A stretch of DNA of 64,000 bases, from the NCBI GenBank assembly GCA_030390025.1, contig JASTWF010000332.1, positions 124,001 to 188,000 of the forward strand, read 5' to 3'. The notes under the pieces are model-generated. The model saw only the letters and a program-made list of their open reading frames with translations, did not search any database and was not told where the DNA came from. The stretch comes from Squalus acanthias (taxonomy: Eukaryota). Below, piece after piece: positions 37,877 through 50,627 of this stretch (positions are counted from its first letter, which is position 1; each line of letters begins with the position of its first letter). Both the position numbers and the translations under genes were made by a program.

Positions 37877-40800
37877 TTCTAACAGTCACTTGTTCCAACT
37901 GAGCAGAGCACAGTTTGCATTGTTTAGCCCCAGCCTAGCTGGCTGGAATTTACCCATCCCTCTTTCGGAGAAAGGTCCGCGTTCATAAATACTCTCGCAC
38001 ACAGAGCGCTCTTCGAACAACTAGAAATTGAAACGTTTCGAGCACAGGGAGGGAAGAATCTTGGCTCTCTAAACGTTTACATTAAGGTCAGGTAAGGTTT
38101 GCAAAATGTCCGAGGGGCAGGGAACTCCAATGGATGCCCTGAGCACTTTGTAAACCAGCTGTAACAGTGCACTGAATTTCCACTCCACTGAAATAAGACG
38201 AGACTATCGCCTCCAGGGAATGTCACTTGGGAGCTAGGTTGGGCCCTGATGCTGAATTTACACTGCAAGTTGAGCACTGTTGCAATTGCTTCACATCAAC
38301 AATAACAAGTGCAACTGTACTCTCAATAACACTAGTATAAATACTGTCATAAAATTCATAGTAATTGATACTCAATAAAGATAAGCACAATCCTGGCATT
38401 CATAAAATCTGTATAAAAGTACAAATCAGAGTCCAGTAGGCTTAGATTAAAGTGGAATCCAAACTGGACTTGAATCATAATCTTGATTTCAGATATCTGG
38501 ATCTGCACTGTGGATCCAATTCTTTCACATCACAATTCTAAAATTGCTTTATCCAAGCCATGTGAACTAAAGCTCCTGTATCAATAGCTGATGCTGGACC
38601 CTGCTACGGGCACCTGGACCGGACCCTGCCTGAATTGGTCAGTGCTGGTATCCCAAGTGCGATGGGCTCGGTGTGGGCATGCTCGGGATCTGTAAGCTCA
38701 GATTGATCAGGTTTCTGTGTTTTCCTATATTTGCTGACTTAGTAACACATTTACTTTTGTCACTCTAATCGGGGAAGCGTTTCAATTTTTAACGTGACTT
38801 ATGCTGATGCCATAAAAATCCATTCAGAGAATACAGAGCAGGTCTCAGTGAAGATAAATGAATTAAAACACCATCAAAAAATTGAAATAAAACACCAGAG
38901 AAAAAGACTGTGCCTGAAAAATTGGTCGTGATTTGAAGAGAAACTCTGAGCAAACGCAACTGCAGGAAATTCGTATCAGAGGCTCTGTAACCAGGGGACG
39001 GGGCCCACTGTTATGAGCAGCGGAATCGATAGACGGGCGTCAAAGATCGAGGAGATTTGGGTGTATTGTACTTGGGAGCGTAGCTCACTTACGCCCAAAA
39101 TACTGCGATCTTGTAAGCCACGTATTTGCTTTGCGCCCCGATTGCATGTGTCTCGGGGTGCAAATATGCTGGAAATTCCAGGCCCACTGGGCTGTATTGC
39201 AGGCTTCTGTATAGAGCAATGAACAGGTAGGAGGAATTTACTCGCCAAAGGGAACATCCATTCACCCAAACCGTAGGGTTATGCAAGAGTCAGCCGTTAA
39301 ATACACTAATCCAGGAGGCCATACAATTGTCATTTTTCCATTTAATTTTTATTGAATTCTTAAATGTATAGTTTGTAAACCAAGAGCTGGCTCAAACCAT
39401 GTTGCTAAGTAGCAAACAATATGAATCTCAGTATTTTTTTAAAGGTCATCTACAGGGCGGAAGTGGCAATTTCTCGGAAACAGGAAGGGTGAAGAGATAA
39501 TTTCATATTCATTTTTGCAGGCTTATAATTGGGTTGGGTTGGGTAGGGGGGCGAGGTGCTGATAACCAATTGGACCTGTTTCAGTCCCCCTGGCAGAAGA
39601 GGCTCTGTAGAGACCACCCACAGAGAGAAAATAAATCACTCACTATGCTGAGAAGCTCAAGGTCATCATCGCACAATCACGCTGCCAAAATCATTTACTT
39701 TAAACCAATAAATCGCACACTGGCCACTTCAGAATGGCAAGTAAAATTGACCAGAATTTTTTTTTTTAGATCCACTTTTTCCAATGAAGCTAATTAAAAT
39801 TGACAAACATCTACCCATAGCTGGCTTGAAGGTATTCATTGCAACTGTAAGATCACAGATAACACTACAGATTCACACTGGAGGCATTTCGCCCATGGTT
39901 ACTGAGAAACCAGGCAGCTGTGTTATTCATCTCCCAATTAGTTTTGAACTAGCATTTTAGCCAATAGGCAATGCTTTCTTTTCAAACGCTGGCTTTTAGC
40001 CAAGTGTAACTGTTTATCCATCAATCAATGTTGGTAAAAGCAAGCTACATTTCATGAGTTGCATATTCTCCCCCAGTCCCCCCGTGTCCCCCCCCCTCCC
40101 TACATCACACAGTGTCACTCCAACCAAGACCTGCTCCAGGCCTTAGTCAACGCTACTCCTAATGTTTACCAGGAGGTTGTAGAAGTATTCAGGGTGACTC
40201 TCCCTCTAATTTCACACCCCTGCCACACCACCCCACCCCCTGCCACCCCACCATTCTCATGAAGATACTGATTCCTAACAGGGGACATCTCCATGGGCAG
40301 TTCTTCAATAAGTCATCCACCGGCCATTTTTTGTGAGCCTAGACAGTGAGAATCAGCAGTCTCTGATCATGGAGGGGATCATAGCCTTCTCAAGTCCTGC
40401 TCTCGCCTTAAGTACACACATCCGGTCTTAAATAGGGGGGAAAAAATCTGTATTTCCTATTATACTATTTTCAAACGACTAGATTTGAGATGGAAAACAA
40501 ATGCCCTCAACTAAATTTCAAGATGGAGATCAGAGCACAGCTGTCTGTGAGAATGCAGGCAGCTTCTCCAGCCTCTAAATGAGCCAGGGTACAGAAACGT
40601 GGGCTTTTGGTGCTAATCATAATACTGGTCCTTTGAAGGTCAATGCCTATTTGAGATCTAGACTCCAATTCATGCAAAAATAGGTAGGAATGATTCCAAT
40701 TGCAGGCAAGTAGTTAAATATGCAAATTTACAGACACACACATTACATCCAAATGGCTGAACCATTGAGGGAGCTTTCTTCCAGGAGTTCAGGTTGTACA

Positions 40801-41230
40801 TCGTTTAAAAGCATTGACAGGTGTGGGAGAACAGGACATGATGTGATTTCAATGGTTGGCAGGTGACAACAACAAATACGCTGTGAGGGGGCCTGCCTTT
40901 ACCTCAAACCGTAATCATTTACAGTTAGTCATGAGGTTTTCAGAGCACCTCCGTGCAACACCGCCCACACAGTGTCCATCAGGAACTCAGTCAGGTGCTA
41001 ATGAAAAGAACAAAGATTTCAGACTACCTTCCTCTTATGGAACAGTTTATATATTGTGTAAATCAAATATTGTACTACTAGCTTCTTGCTGTGTCTTTCT
41101 GCTTCTGTGTATATTGTTACTTGCAAATACAATTGACTAGTAGTTTTACGCTTATTCACTGGTCTGATGCTGTGGTATTTATCATCTTCAAGATTAGACA
41201 GGCGAATGTGCCTGGTAGGCATCACACATA

Positions 41231-41995
41231 GGGCTGGATTTTGATACTGGGGACGTGATGGAGTCGGGACTCCCACTTTTTGGGTTGTAGACCCGCCTCC
41301 ATCGACTTGTGGCTAACCCACTGTATTTTCACTTGATTGACCTTGTTAAGCCCGCCCAGTGAGCTCAGCAGGCCAATTAAGGGCCACCCGGCAACAGGTG
41401 ACGTCACAGACTGACATTTCATCTGTCAAGAGCTTTTGACAGATGAAATATCAGCGTTTGACAGCTCTGTGAAGCTGTCAAACACTGACAACTTGTCTTC
41501 TAACTTGAGTCCTTCCTCTCAGGCTGAGTTAGAAATCATTCCAGCACAGAAAACAGAGGCTGAAACTTTTGACAGCACCACGGCCTTTCTGCTTTCTGTG
41601 CCGGTGAGATTTCTGACCCCCGAGAACTGAAGGGCTGACACCTGCAGGAGGAAGTTAAGGTAAGTAAAACTTTTTCCCACACTTTGCACTTACCTTACAC
41701 ACTTACCTCTGCACACATGCACCCATCACTCACCTGCCCACCGGACATATCGACCCCTCCAACCCCTGCAGACCCACGGTCCGCCTCGCTAACTTGGCGT
41801 GGTTGGGACCTGTCGGGAAGCCCACATTTCAGCTTTCAAAATAGGATTAGGCAAAAAACTGCCTGTTAACTACCTGGCATGGAGGCGGGTTGGAGGCGGT
41901 TGGGGGCGGGATGGGGTCGGGACCCCCGAATCTGCAACTTTAACCCCCCCACACACCTCCAAACCCGCCTCCACGGGTCAATGAAAATCCAGCCC
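41231..41995. mobile_element. PIF/Harbinger-like MITE
   Basis: TIRs GGGCTGGATTTT...AAAATCCAGCCC; perfect 3-bp TSD ATA. Confidence 0.85.
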
Positions 41996-42004
41996 ATAGT
42001 CTCC

Positions 42005-42752
42005 CCACCAAACTCCATTCCTTAGCTACCGATTCCATCCCCTTCCCTGGCCACTGTCGGAGGCTGAAGCAGACTGTTGGCAAACTTGATGTCCTATCTG
42101 TCCCCGAGCTGAGCTTCCAACCCCATATTCTTTCCATCACCATGAATGCCTACTTCCACCTCCATAATAATCGCCCCTCTCTGCCCCTGCCTCCGTCCTT
42201 TGTTACATCCCGACTTGACTATTCAAAGCTCTCTGGGCCAACCTCCATCTTCCACCCTCTAAACTTCAGCTCATCCAAAGCTCTGCTGCCTGTATCCTAA
42301 CTTGCACAAAGTCCCATTCACCCATCACCCCTGTGTTTGTTGACCTACATCCCGGTCGAGCAACACCTCAAATTTTAAATTCTCATCCTTGTGTTCAAAT
42401 CCCTCCATGGCCTTGACCTTCCCCATCTCTAACCTCCTCCAGCCCTGCAACCCTCCGAGAACGCTACACTCCTCCAATTCTAGCCTCTTGTGCATCCCCA
42501 ATTACCTTCACCCCACCATTGGCGGCTGTGCCTTCAGCTGTCTATCCCTAGGCTCTGGAATTCCCTCCATAAATCTCTCCAGCCTCTCTACCTCTCTCTC
42601 CTCCTTTAAGATGCTCCTTAAAACCTACCTCCCACTTGTTCTAATGTCCCCTTATGTGGCTCGGTATCAAATTTTGTCTGATAACGCTCCTGTGAAGCGC
42701 CTTGGAACATTTTACTAAGTTAAAGGTGCAATATAAATGCAAAAAGTTGTTG
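42005..42752 (+). mobile_element. L2 LINE 3' part
   Basis: Reverse complement of 30580-31340; TIGGCAFS, FKMLLKTYL. Confidence 0.85.
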
Positions 42753-42898
42753 TTCTCCAGCATAATATCATGATTAAGGGGTAATAGTTAGTACTGTGAC
42801 ATACTATCCTGTTCATGGTACACACAAAGCCACAGGTTTTGGTTCATAGGAGATTTGGTCTGGTTATGGAAACTGTCTGTTTGCTCCAAAAACATTAT

Positions 42899-43655
42899 GG
42901 GCTGGATTTTGTCTTGGGGTCGGGTTGGGGTCGTGTCATCCGCATTTCATGTTACCCCCCCCGACTCCAGATTAATGTCGATGAATGATGCAATTTTCAC
43001 TTAATTGGGCAATTGAGTTCCAGCATGTGGGAACCCATGAACTAATTAGTGTTTTCAGTCTGAAAGTCGCCTCTGATGATGTCATCATTGCTGACTGCCT
43101 AATCTCAGAGATTGTCTGGCTGCTGGTGAGAGAGGACCTGCCTGGATTGCTTTTGATGTGAGTGGACCTGGATATATGAGAGACAGAGACAGAGAGACAG
43201 AGACAGAGAGAGACAGACAGACAGAGACAGAGAGGTTTTTTTTCCATCCAAGTCCTCTCCTGTCATGACATTCAATTCAGCAGCATCAGAGGCGACTTTC
43301 ACACCTAATACTACTACTAGCTTCATCACATCTCCGTTGTAATAGTGGACCTGCAGCCGATAGTCAGCTACCCATTTGTGCTCCCGCCAGGTTTCACTAG
43401 AGTGTTTCACACCAGGCGTGCTTCACGTCAGAAAAGGGTTAAACTAGCTACAACGTTTCAAAATGGCATTACAGAGCCAATTTAGGGCTTGTTAAGGGCT
43501 TTAATGGCCTCTCCCGCCTCTTGGAGGCGGGAACCCCGCGACTGATTTTGTCAAAATTGCGTGGAGGCGGGATGGAGTCGGGATCCCCGACCCTGCAAAT
43601 TTAACCCCCCACATATCTCCAAACCCGACTCCATGGGTCATTCAAAAACCAGCCC
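42899..43655. mobile_element. PIF/Harbinger-like MITE related to 41231-41995; contains a GACA/GA microsatellite
   Basis: TIRs GGGCTGGATTTTG...CAAAAACCAGCCC; flanks TAT/TAA; right end matches 41880-41995. Confidence 0.8.
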
Positions 43656-44128
43656 TAAGTGTTGGGGAACAACCTGAACGGTAACAGTAGCATCCTTCCA
43701 CTCCTCCAGCCTCAATTACAGTGTGTTGTGCCGTGACAGGTCACACCCTCCTCCTGCTCCACCACGATCATCTATTGTGTGCTTTACCTCCATACAGTGA
43801 CCTAACTCTTGGTTTATAAAACTATTTCTCGTGTGTTGCTATCAAGTCATGGATCTTTAACTTCATCCTTACTCTAGGGCTCAATGTTTGAGGCTTTCCT
43901 GTTCCAGGCTAGATCGTTGTTAAAAGACAGCCATTTCTCACTACAGGACACTGACTATTACAGCACCCAAACAAGTAAGCAGTACGTTTCATGTAGGACC
44001 TGAAGCGTGTTAAATCACTATATAAATATCCACAACTGGGCTGTTAATTTATCCTCCAGTAAACATTGAGAATATAAAAATGAGAAGTCGCACAACACCA
44101 GGTTATAGTCCAACAGATTTATTTAATT

Positions 44129-44167
44129 TTACAAGCTTTCGAAGCAGTTCGCTCCTTCGTCAGGTAA
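44129..44167 (-). ncRNA. Minimal hammerhead ribozyme motif (inverted copy)
   Basis: Exact reverse complement of 44765-44803. Confidence 0.7.
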
Positions 44168-44764
44168 GTTAGCAATGAGAGAATCTCCCAGAATTCACAA
44201 TTTAAACCCAGACAAAATCTATTCACATTATTCGCTACAACAAAGAGCACAGCCAAGACAATGAGATGTGTCCCAGATGGTACATCGGCGAGACCATGCA
44301 GACACTGAGACAACGTATGAACGGACACCGCGCAACAATCGCCAGGCAGGAGGGTTGCCTCCCAGTCGGGGAACACTTCAGCAGCCAGGGGCATTCAGCC
44401 TCGGATCTGCGGGTAAGCGTTCTCCAAGGCGGCCTTCGAGATACACGACAGCGCAAAATCATAGAGCAGAAACTGATAGCCAAGTACCGCACTCATGAGG
44501 ATGGCCTCAATCGCAATATCGGGTTCATGTCACGATACAGAACGTGACTTGACATCATGGCCGGTCTTCCCAGGTGTTTTTTTTTAAAAAGACTAACACA
44601 AGAACACAAATTGACAGGATATGCAGCCAGCAGGTGGTTTGACACGTTGGACCCCCTGGGACACATCTCATTGTCTTGGCTGTGCTCTTTGTTGTAGCGA
44701 ATAATGTGAATAGATTTTGTCTGGGTTTAAATTGTGAATTCTGGGAGATTCTCTCATTGCTAAC

Positions 44765-44803
44765 TTACCTGACGAAGGAGCGAACTGCTTCGAAAGCTTG
44801 TAA
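44765..44803 (+). ncRNA. Minimal type I hammerhead ribozyme motif
   Basis: UUAC-CUGACGA-A-GGAGC(GAACU)GCUUC-GAAA-GCUU-GUAA; palindromic AAGCUU at helix III. Confidence 0.7.
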
Positions 44804-44899
44804 AATTAAATAAATCTGTTGGACTATAACCTGGTGTTGTGCGACTTCTCATTTTTGTCCACCCCAGTCCAACGCCGGCATCTCCACATTGAGAATATA

Positions 44900-45135
44900 T
44901 GCAGAGTACTATGGATACTAGAATACACAATGGTACTGTATCAGTGTGGGGAATACGTGCCAGTTCTGTATCAGTGTGAGAATACACACCAGTACTGAAA
45001 CCAGTGTCAGTGTGAGAATACACACCAGTACTGTAACCAGTGTCAGTGTGAGAATACACACCAGTACTGTAACCAGTGTCAGTGTGAGAATACACACCAG
45101 CACACTATCAGTGAGAGATAGACACTTAGCACTGT
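44900..45135. repeat. 36-bp minisatellite, about 3.5 good units plus decayed flanks
   Basis: (TGTCAGTGTGAGAATACACACCAGTACTGTAACCAG)n. Confidence 0.9.
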
Positions 45136-45240
45136 GAAAACTCAGTGTACAACTTCAGAATTTTAATTTTGTTATATCTGAATAACTAATTGGTAAATGT
45201 TTACACAATATGAGAGGAATTTTTTTAAATTTTTTTTAAA

Positions 45241-46005
45241 TTCGTTTATGGGATGTGGGCGTTGCTGGCAAAGCCAGCATTTATTGCCCATCCCTAACTG
45301 CCCTCGAGAAGGTGGTGGTGAGCCGCCTTCTTGAACCACTGCAGTCCCTGTGGTGAAGGTACTCCCACAGTGCTGTTAGGGAGGGAGTTCCAGGACTTTG
45401 ACCCAGCGACGATGAAGGATCGGCGATATACTTCTAAGTCAGGATGGTGTGTGACTTGGAGGGGAACTTGGAGGTGGTGGTGTTCCCATGCGCCTGCTGC
45501 CCTTGTCCTTCTAGGTGGAAGAGGTCGCAGGTTTGGGAGGTGCTACCGAAGAAGACTTGACGAGTTGCTGCAGTGCATCTTGTAGATGGTACACACTGCA
45601 GCCACAGTACGCTGGTGGTGGAGGGAGTGAATGTTTAAGGTGGTAGATGGGGTGCCAATCAAGCGGGCTGCTTTGTCCTGGATGGTGTCGAGCTTCTTGA
45701 GTGTTGTTGGAGTTGCACTCAACCAGGCAAGTGGAGAGTATTCCATCACACTCCTTACTTGTGCCTTGTAGATGGTGGAAAGGCTTTGGGGAGTCAGGAG
45801 GTGAGACACTCGCCACAGAATACCTAGCCTCTGACCTGCTCTTGTTGCAACAGTATTTATGTGGCTGGTCCAGTTAAGTTTCTGGTCAATGGTGGACCCC
45901 CCCCAGGATGTTGATGGTGGAGGGATTCGGCGATGGTAATGCCATTGAATGTCAAGGGGAGGTGGTTAGACTCTCGCTTGTTGGAGATAGTCATTGCCTG
46001 GCACT
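45241..46005 (-). mobile_element. Invertebrate-type CR1-group LINE (Zenon/Crack-like), RT C-terminus and 3' UTR
   Basis: IYKAQVRSVMEYSPLAW...LDTIQDKAARLI...SLHHQRTVAA. Confidence 0.8.
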
Positions 46006-46543
46006 TCTGATAATCTGTTTATTAGTAATGTTTGGTTTCTTGACATAAAAATGGATGTGGGGGAATTGTAGGTGTCCGCAGCAGTGAATGGTTCCAAAGG
46101 TTTTGTTAAATAATTAATAGATCCAACATTCTGAATCTTTAATTAAAAAAATTAAATTCTCTTCAAAATATGTATAGAAACAGAAACAACCTGCATGGTA
46201 GAAACAGAATCCTTAACAGAGATTGGTGAAGAACTGATGCTCTAAGGAATCCAGGTCTCAATAACTCATTTGTGACGGAGCCATTGCGATGGTTCTTTCA
46301 GCCAATATGTGCCACTCTCTGAAACTTCCTGCCCAAACCCCTCTGTTTGCCATTTCCCTCCCTGCTTTCAGGAGCCGACCAGAATCCCGTCTCTTCACAA
46401 GCCCAGCTCTCAGTTACTTCCCCCTCCCCCAACCCGACATCTTTCCCATTTTCCCCCCCTTTCCCTGCCGCTCTGTAAAGTGCAGAGAGTCGCCTTTCTG
46501 TACCGTCAAGCGTTCCCACGGTTCCCCCGCCCACCCAAGTAGC

Positions 46544-46809
46544 TAGGGTTTCCAACCCTCCACAGTTGCCCTGGAGTCTCCAGGAATTAAAGATTAATCT
46601 GCTGGATACTGCTGCAAGCAACCCAGGAGAAAAACCATTGAGGCATTAAAGAGATTGAGTGTTTCCTCTTCAGTTTCTTTGAACACTTAAGTTATAAAAA
46701 AATATTGCAGATGTGAAAGGCGGCCGTTTGACTAGGGTGGCCGGTTGGAAGTCAGGAGGTCATGTGAGGAATCCTCCAGGAACATGTCCAACCAGAACTG
46801 GCAACCCGG
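46544..46809 (+). mobile_element. hAT-type MITE, family A copy 4 (internally deleted)
   Basis: TAGGGTTTCCAACC...CTGGCAACCC. Confidence 0.75.
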
Positions 46810-47384
46810 CGAGTACGTTGGAGACCCTCAAACACCCCGTCAATGAGGCCTTTTCCTCAAAGAGTGCTGCTTAGAGAGGGAGCCTGTGGAGCACTGGGGT
46901 TATTCCCACACCAAGCTCCCACAAAAACAATACATTCAAAAACTCGATCTTCAAACCAATGATGTGCAGAGAGTCTACGATTACCTGTAAACACAATACA
47001 TGTAGAAAGATTCCCAGAACCGGTGATGCAAAAATAAACGGATCAAAATGATGGTTCTGTAAAAACATTGGTATCATCTCCCAAGAGGCTTCTCCACAGA
47101 AAATCTCAGAACAAAAGGCACAGGGACACGTCTGGTAAATAACCAACCAGCTATCAACAGTTAACAAAGAGGCCAACATAGTCAGAAAAATCTTAACTTA
47201 GCCTTTCTCCCGAAGGATGTATGAAGCTAACTTCCATTTTGATTTCATACATATATATGTAGAGATAAGAGCCTCACGTGGGAATACAACAGACACTTGT
47301 TCCATCCTTGTTCTAATGCGCAATGACATTATTTAATGGAACTCGCTGACAGCTATTCTATGAATGCGATGTCACTGTACATTC

Positions 47385-47806
47385 AGTGGGGAGCACTCTC
47401 GCCTCTTAGTCAGAAGGTTGTGGGTTCAAGTCTCACTCCAGAGTCTTGAGCACATAATCTAGGCTGACACTCTACTGCAGTACTGAGGGAGTGCTGCACT
47501 GTCGGAGGTGCCGTCTTCCGGATGAGACGTTAAACTGAGGCCCTGTCTGCCCCTTCAGGTGGATGTAAAAGATCCCATGGCACTATTTTGAAGAAGAGCA
47601 GAGAAGTGCTCCTGGCCAATATTTATCCGTCAAGCAACATCAATGAAACGGAATATCTGGTTATGGGACCTTGCTGTGTGCAAATTGGCTGACGTGTTTC
47701 CTACATTACAAGAGCGACTAGGTTTCAAAAATACTTTATTGACTGTAAAGCGCTTTGGGACGTCCCAAGATCGTGATAGGCGCTATGTAAATGCAAGTCT
47801 TTCTTT
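47385..47806 (+). mobile_element. DeuSINE
   Basis: Head, Deu core and L2-type tail. Confidence 0.85.
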
Positions 47807-50059
47807 TATATATGTGCGGCAATTAAATATATTTGTAACAAAAACTGGAAGTGCTGGAAAGTGTGCAGTCCCGCTTATCAGCCTCTGTGACAGAACGAAA
47901 CGGAGTATTTCAGTGAGACCTTTCATAACGGCATGGATCATACTGGAATTATTTAGCCGTCTCCTTCCAATGCCGATTGACCGATTATCCATTCTCAGCG
48001 TCGTTCGATTTCATTTGAGGTTTTCCAGCCATTAAATCTCTTGTATAAAGATGCAGATTCAGAGCACAGCCTCTCATTACACTTGGGAGCAAACCTGGAG
48101 ATTATATACAGGGGGTGCTCCGCAGCTGCAGAATCCTCCCGCTAGTGAAATGAAATCTGATCCCGATCATCTATTATTCTCTATAATTCTGGAAGTTGAA
48201 AGCAAGCACCGAATCCCAGTCTATCCTCCAAAAGAGTGCTGAGCCAAGCTACCCACAGGTCACTCATTTTAACCCATGGGTGAATAATATACAACTGATA
48301 ACTATGTGAACATGCAGTAATTTTCCAGCATGCGTTGCAGCGAATGCAGCTCCACCATTTATCGTCATTTCATTAAATACTGAAGTGCTTTTCCTCTTCG
48401 TCACTGAGCTGTGACTTACCGTGGCAAAACTCTACAATTTAATATTGCATAACATGTTTAACAAAGGCATTAATATCATTTCTCGTCACATTCTCAAACC
48501 CAACCTGTCACAGCGGGTGCCTGACATGACAGAGTATAACAGGATTACTGGTCTTGTGATACTCAGATCAGATTAGTACTATTTACAAGCTGCTTTATTT
48601 AAAAAAAACAATTTGATTTCTCTTCTCCCTCCCCCAATTTAAAGTAATCTATTTTTCCTTTTAAGCCAGGCACAGAGCTTACTCAATCCCTGGACCAGGC
48701 TAATGGGGTGCTCCCAGATCTCTGTCCCTTGAGGCTGGCATGAGGAGATATGCAAAGATCAAGCCCACCTACTCACTTTGTCACCATGTTCTTCAATCCC
48801 TTCTCCCCAGAAAAGCATCCAGTTGTCTGATGAATGCGGTTATAATGATGGCTTTCCTGAGTCCTCATCTACGGCAAGCTACGAGTTAGAAAATCACGGG
48901 CACCCGAAACTCAACGGATGGAAAATAGCTGGCAGTGTCCCTCCCTCCCCACCCCACAAGATTTTCCAGTGCACACTTGTCGTGGCGAGGACTTGGAAAA
49001 TCTACTCTAGAACGTCTGCTCCAGTAACTTCCTTCACCATAGTTAACAATTTGCTTGGATCAGTTTGGTCAATTCCCTTCATGATCTTGCTACATGTACA
49101 ACTGGATCATCTTGAAGTCTCCTAATTTCTGAAGAAAACCAGCCCAACTTCCTAAACTTTTCCTCACTACTTCAATTCCCAGCACCTGAAATTGTAAGGC
49201 TGCAGACCAGTCTCCAATTCTCCCTCGCGCCCCGTGGGAAGATGCTCTTTGATATCATGGCCGGGTTTGGGAACTCACTGCGCGGTGAATCTAACGGCGT
49301 AATTTCCTGCGTGCGCCATTTCACGGAAGGATGGCGAAAGTAAAATGAGGAAGGTCATTCTTGCACAACTTCTTAAAAATTCCACGGACTGAGGCCTGGG
49401 AGCAAGCCATCTGTCCGTTCCCTCAGCCAGGGAATGCTACATGGAATGGGGGATGGGGCAATGGCTATAAGGGAAGGAGTGATATTAGAAAAGGCAAACA
49501 ATACAGTATGCTGTACCACCATTACATCTACCATTATTTTTGACCTCAGCCAGGCCTTTACAAGGAGGGGCCTAGCAGAGGCAAGGCCTTTGCTGAGAGA
49601 GGGCAGGCAAACCAGAAGGCAAGAAAACCTGCAGCTCTCTTATGTACGTCCCGGCAACCAGAATGGTATTGGCACACTTTTAAGAATGGAGGGCTTTTGA
49701 TAAGGCATATAGGGAAAAACTATTTACACCAGTTAGTGCGTCGGTAACCATAGGGCATAAATTTAAGATCACCACCAAAAAAATGAAGGGAGAGGCTCGG
49801 TGGGTGGAGAAAAAGGGCAGGGAATGGGACTAAATGGACAACTCTTTCAAAAGAGCTGACATAGGCATGATGGGGCAATTGCCTTCTCTATGTGTTGAAA
49901 ACTCAATGATTCAATCGTTCTAATAGGTTGCTAGCCTGCCTTTAGTCTGAAAACGATTTCTGATCCACCAGGCTATTAGAGCAGGACAGAGAATGTACAG
50001 AATCATCCAAAGACCCAAACAGCAGATTCTTCAGTTCGAATACGGATGTTGCCTCAGTT

Positions 50060-50360
50060 TACACTGGCAGGAGGGTTGGTAACCAGAGGACACAGATTTA
50101 AGGTAATTGGCAAAAGAACCAGAGGTGAGAGGAGGAAAACATTTTTCGCAGCGAGTTGCTATGATTTGGAATACACGGCCTGAAAGGGCGGTGGAAGCAG
50201 ATTCAATAGTGACTTTCAAAAGGGAATTGGATAAATACTTGAACAGGAAAAAACTGCAGGGCTATGGGGAATGAACGGGAATGGGACTAATTGGATAGCT
50301 CAAAGAGCCAGCACAGGCACAGTGGGTCAAATGACCTCCTTCTGTACTGCATAATTTTAT
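50060..50360 (+). mobile_element. CR1 3' fragment
   Basis: TRGHRFKVIGKRTRG; matches 13085-13390. Confidence 0.85.
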
Positions 50361-50627
50361 GAATATTAAGGAACAGCCCAAGACCTAAGTTATCACTGTA
50401 AACCTGTTCTCATCAAAGTGGTTTCAAGCTTTGACTTAAATATAGCTGCACACACTCAACCATGTTGCCAATGTTTAGTTCGATTAGAAAAAGCATCAGA
50501 CTTAAAAATGCCGAGCTCAGGAAATGTACAGAAAGGATTCGGGGAACCCTACAATGAAGAACATTCAGCACAATTTTGAATTCGCTAGCACATGGAATGG
50601 TTGAGGCAAACAACATATATGTTAAGA

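Larger units (their letters stand above)
44076..44889 (+). mobile_element. Penelope-like element: inverted pLTR, GIY-YIG C-terminus, pLTR
   Basis: ORF 44266-44547 WYIGETMQTLRQRMNGHR...PVGEHF...EQKLIAKYRTHEDGLN; 201-bp inverted repeat; TSD ACATTGAGAATATA. Confidence 0.92.

Noticed and set aside
44760..45137. 36-bp repeats as a CRISPR array or repeat protein
   Set aside because: The units are head-to-tail with no unique spacers, the context is eukaryotic and there are no cas genes.
46870..47200. Possible decayed Tx1/L1 C-terminal fragment
   Set aside because: Only a vague resemblance, with many stops.
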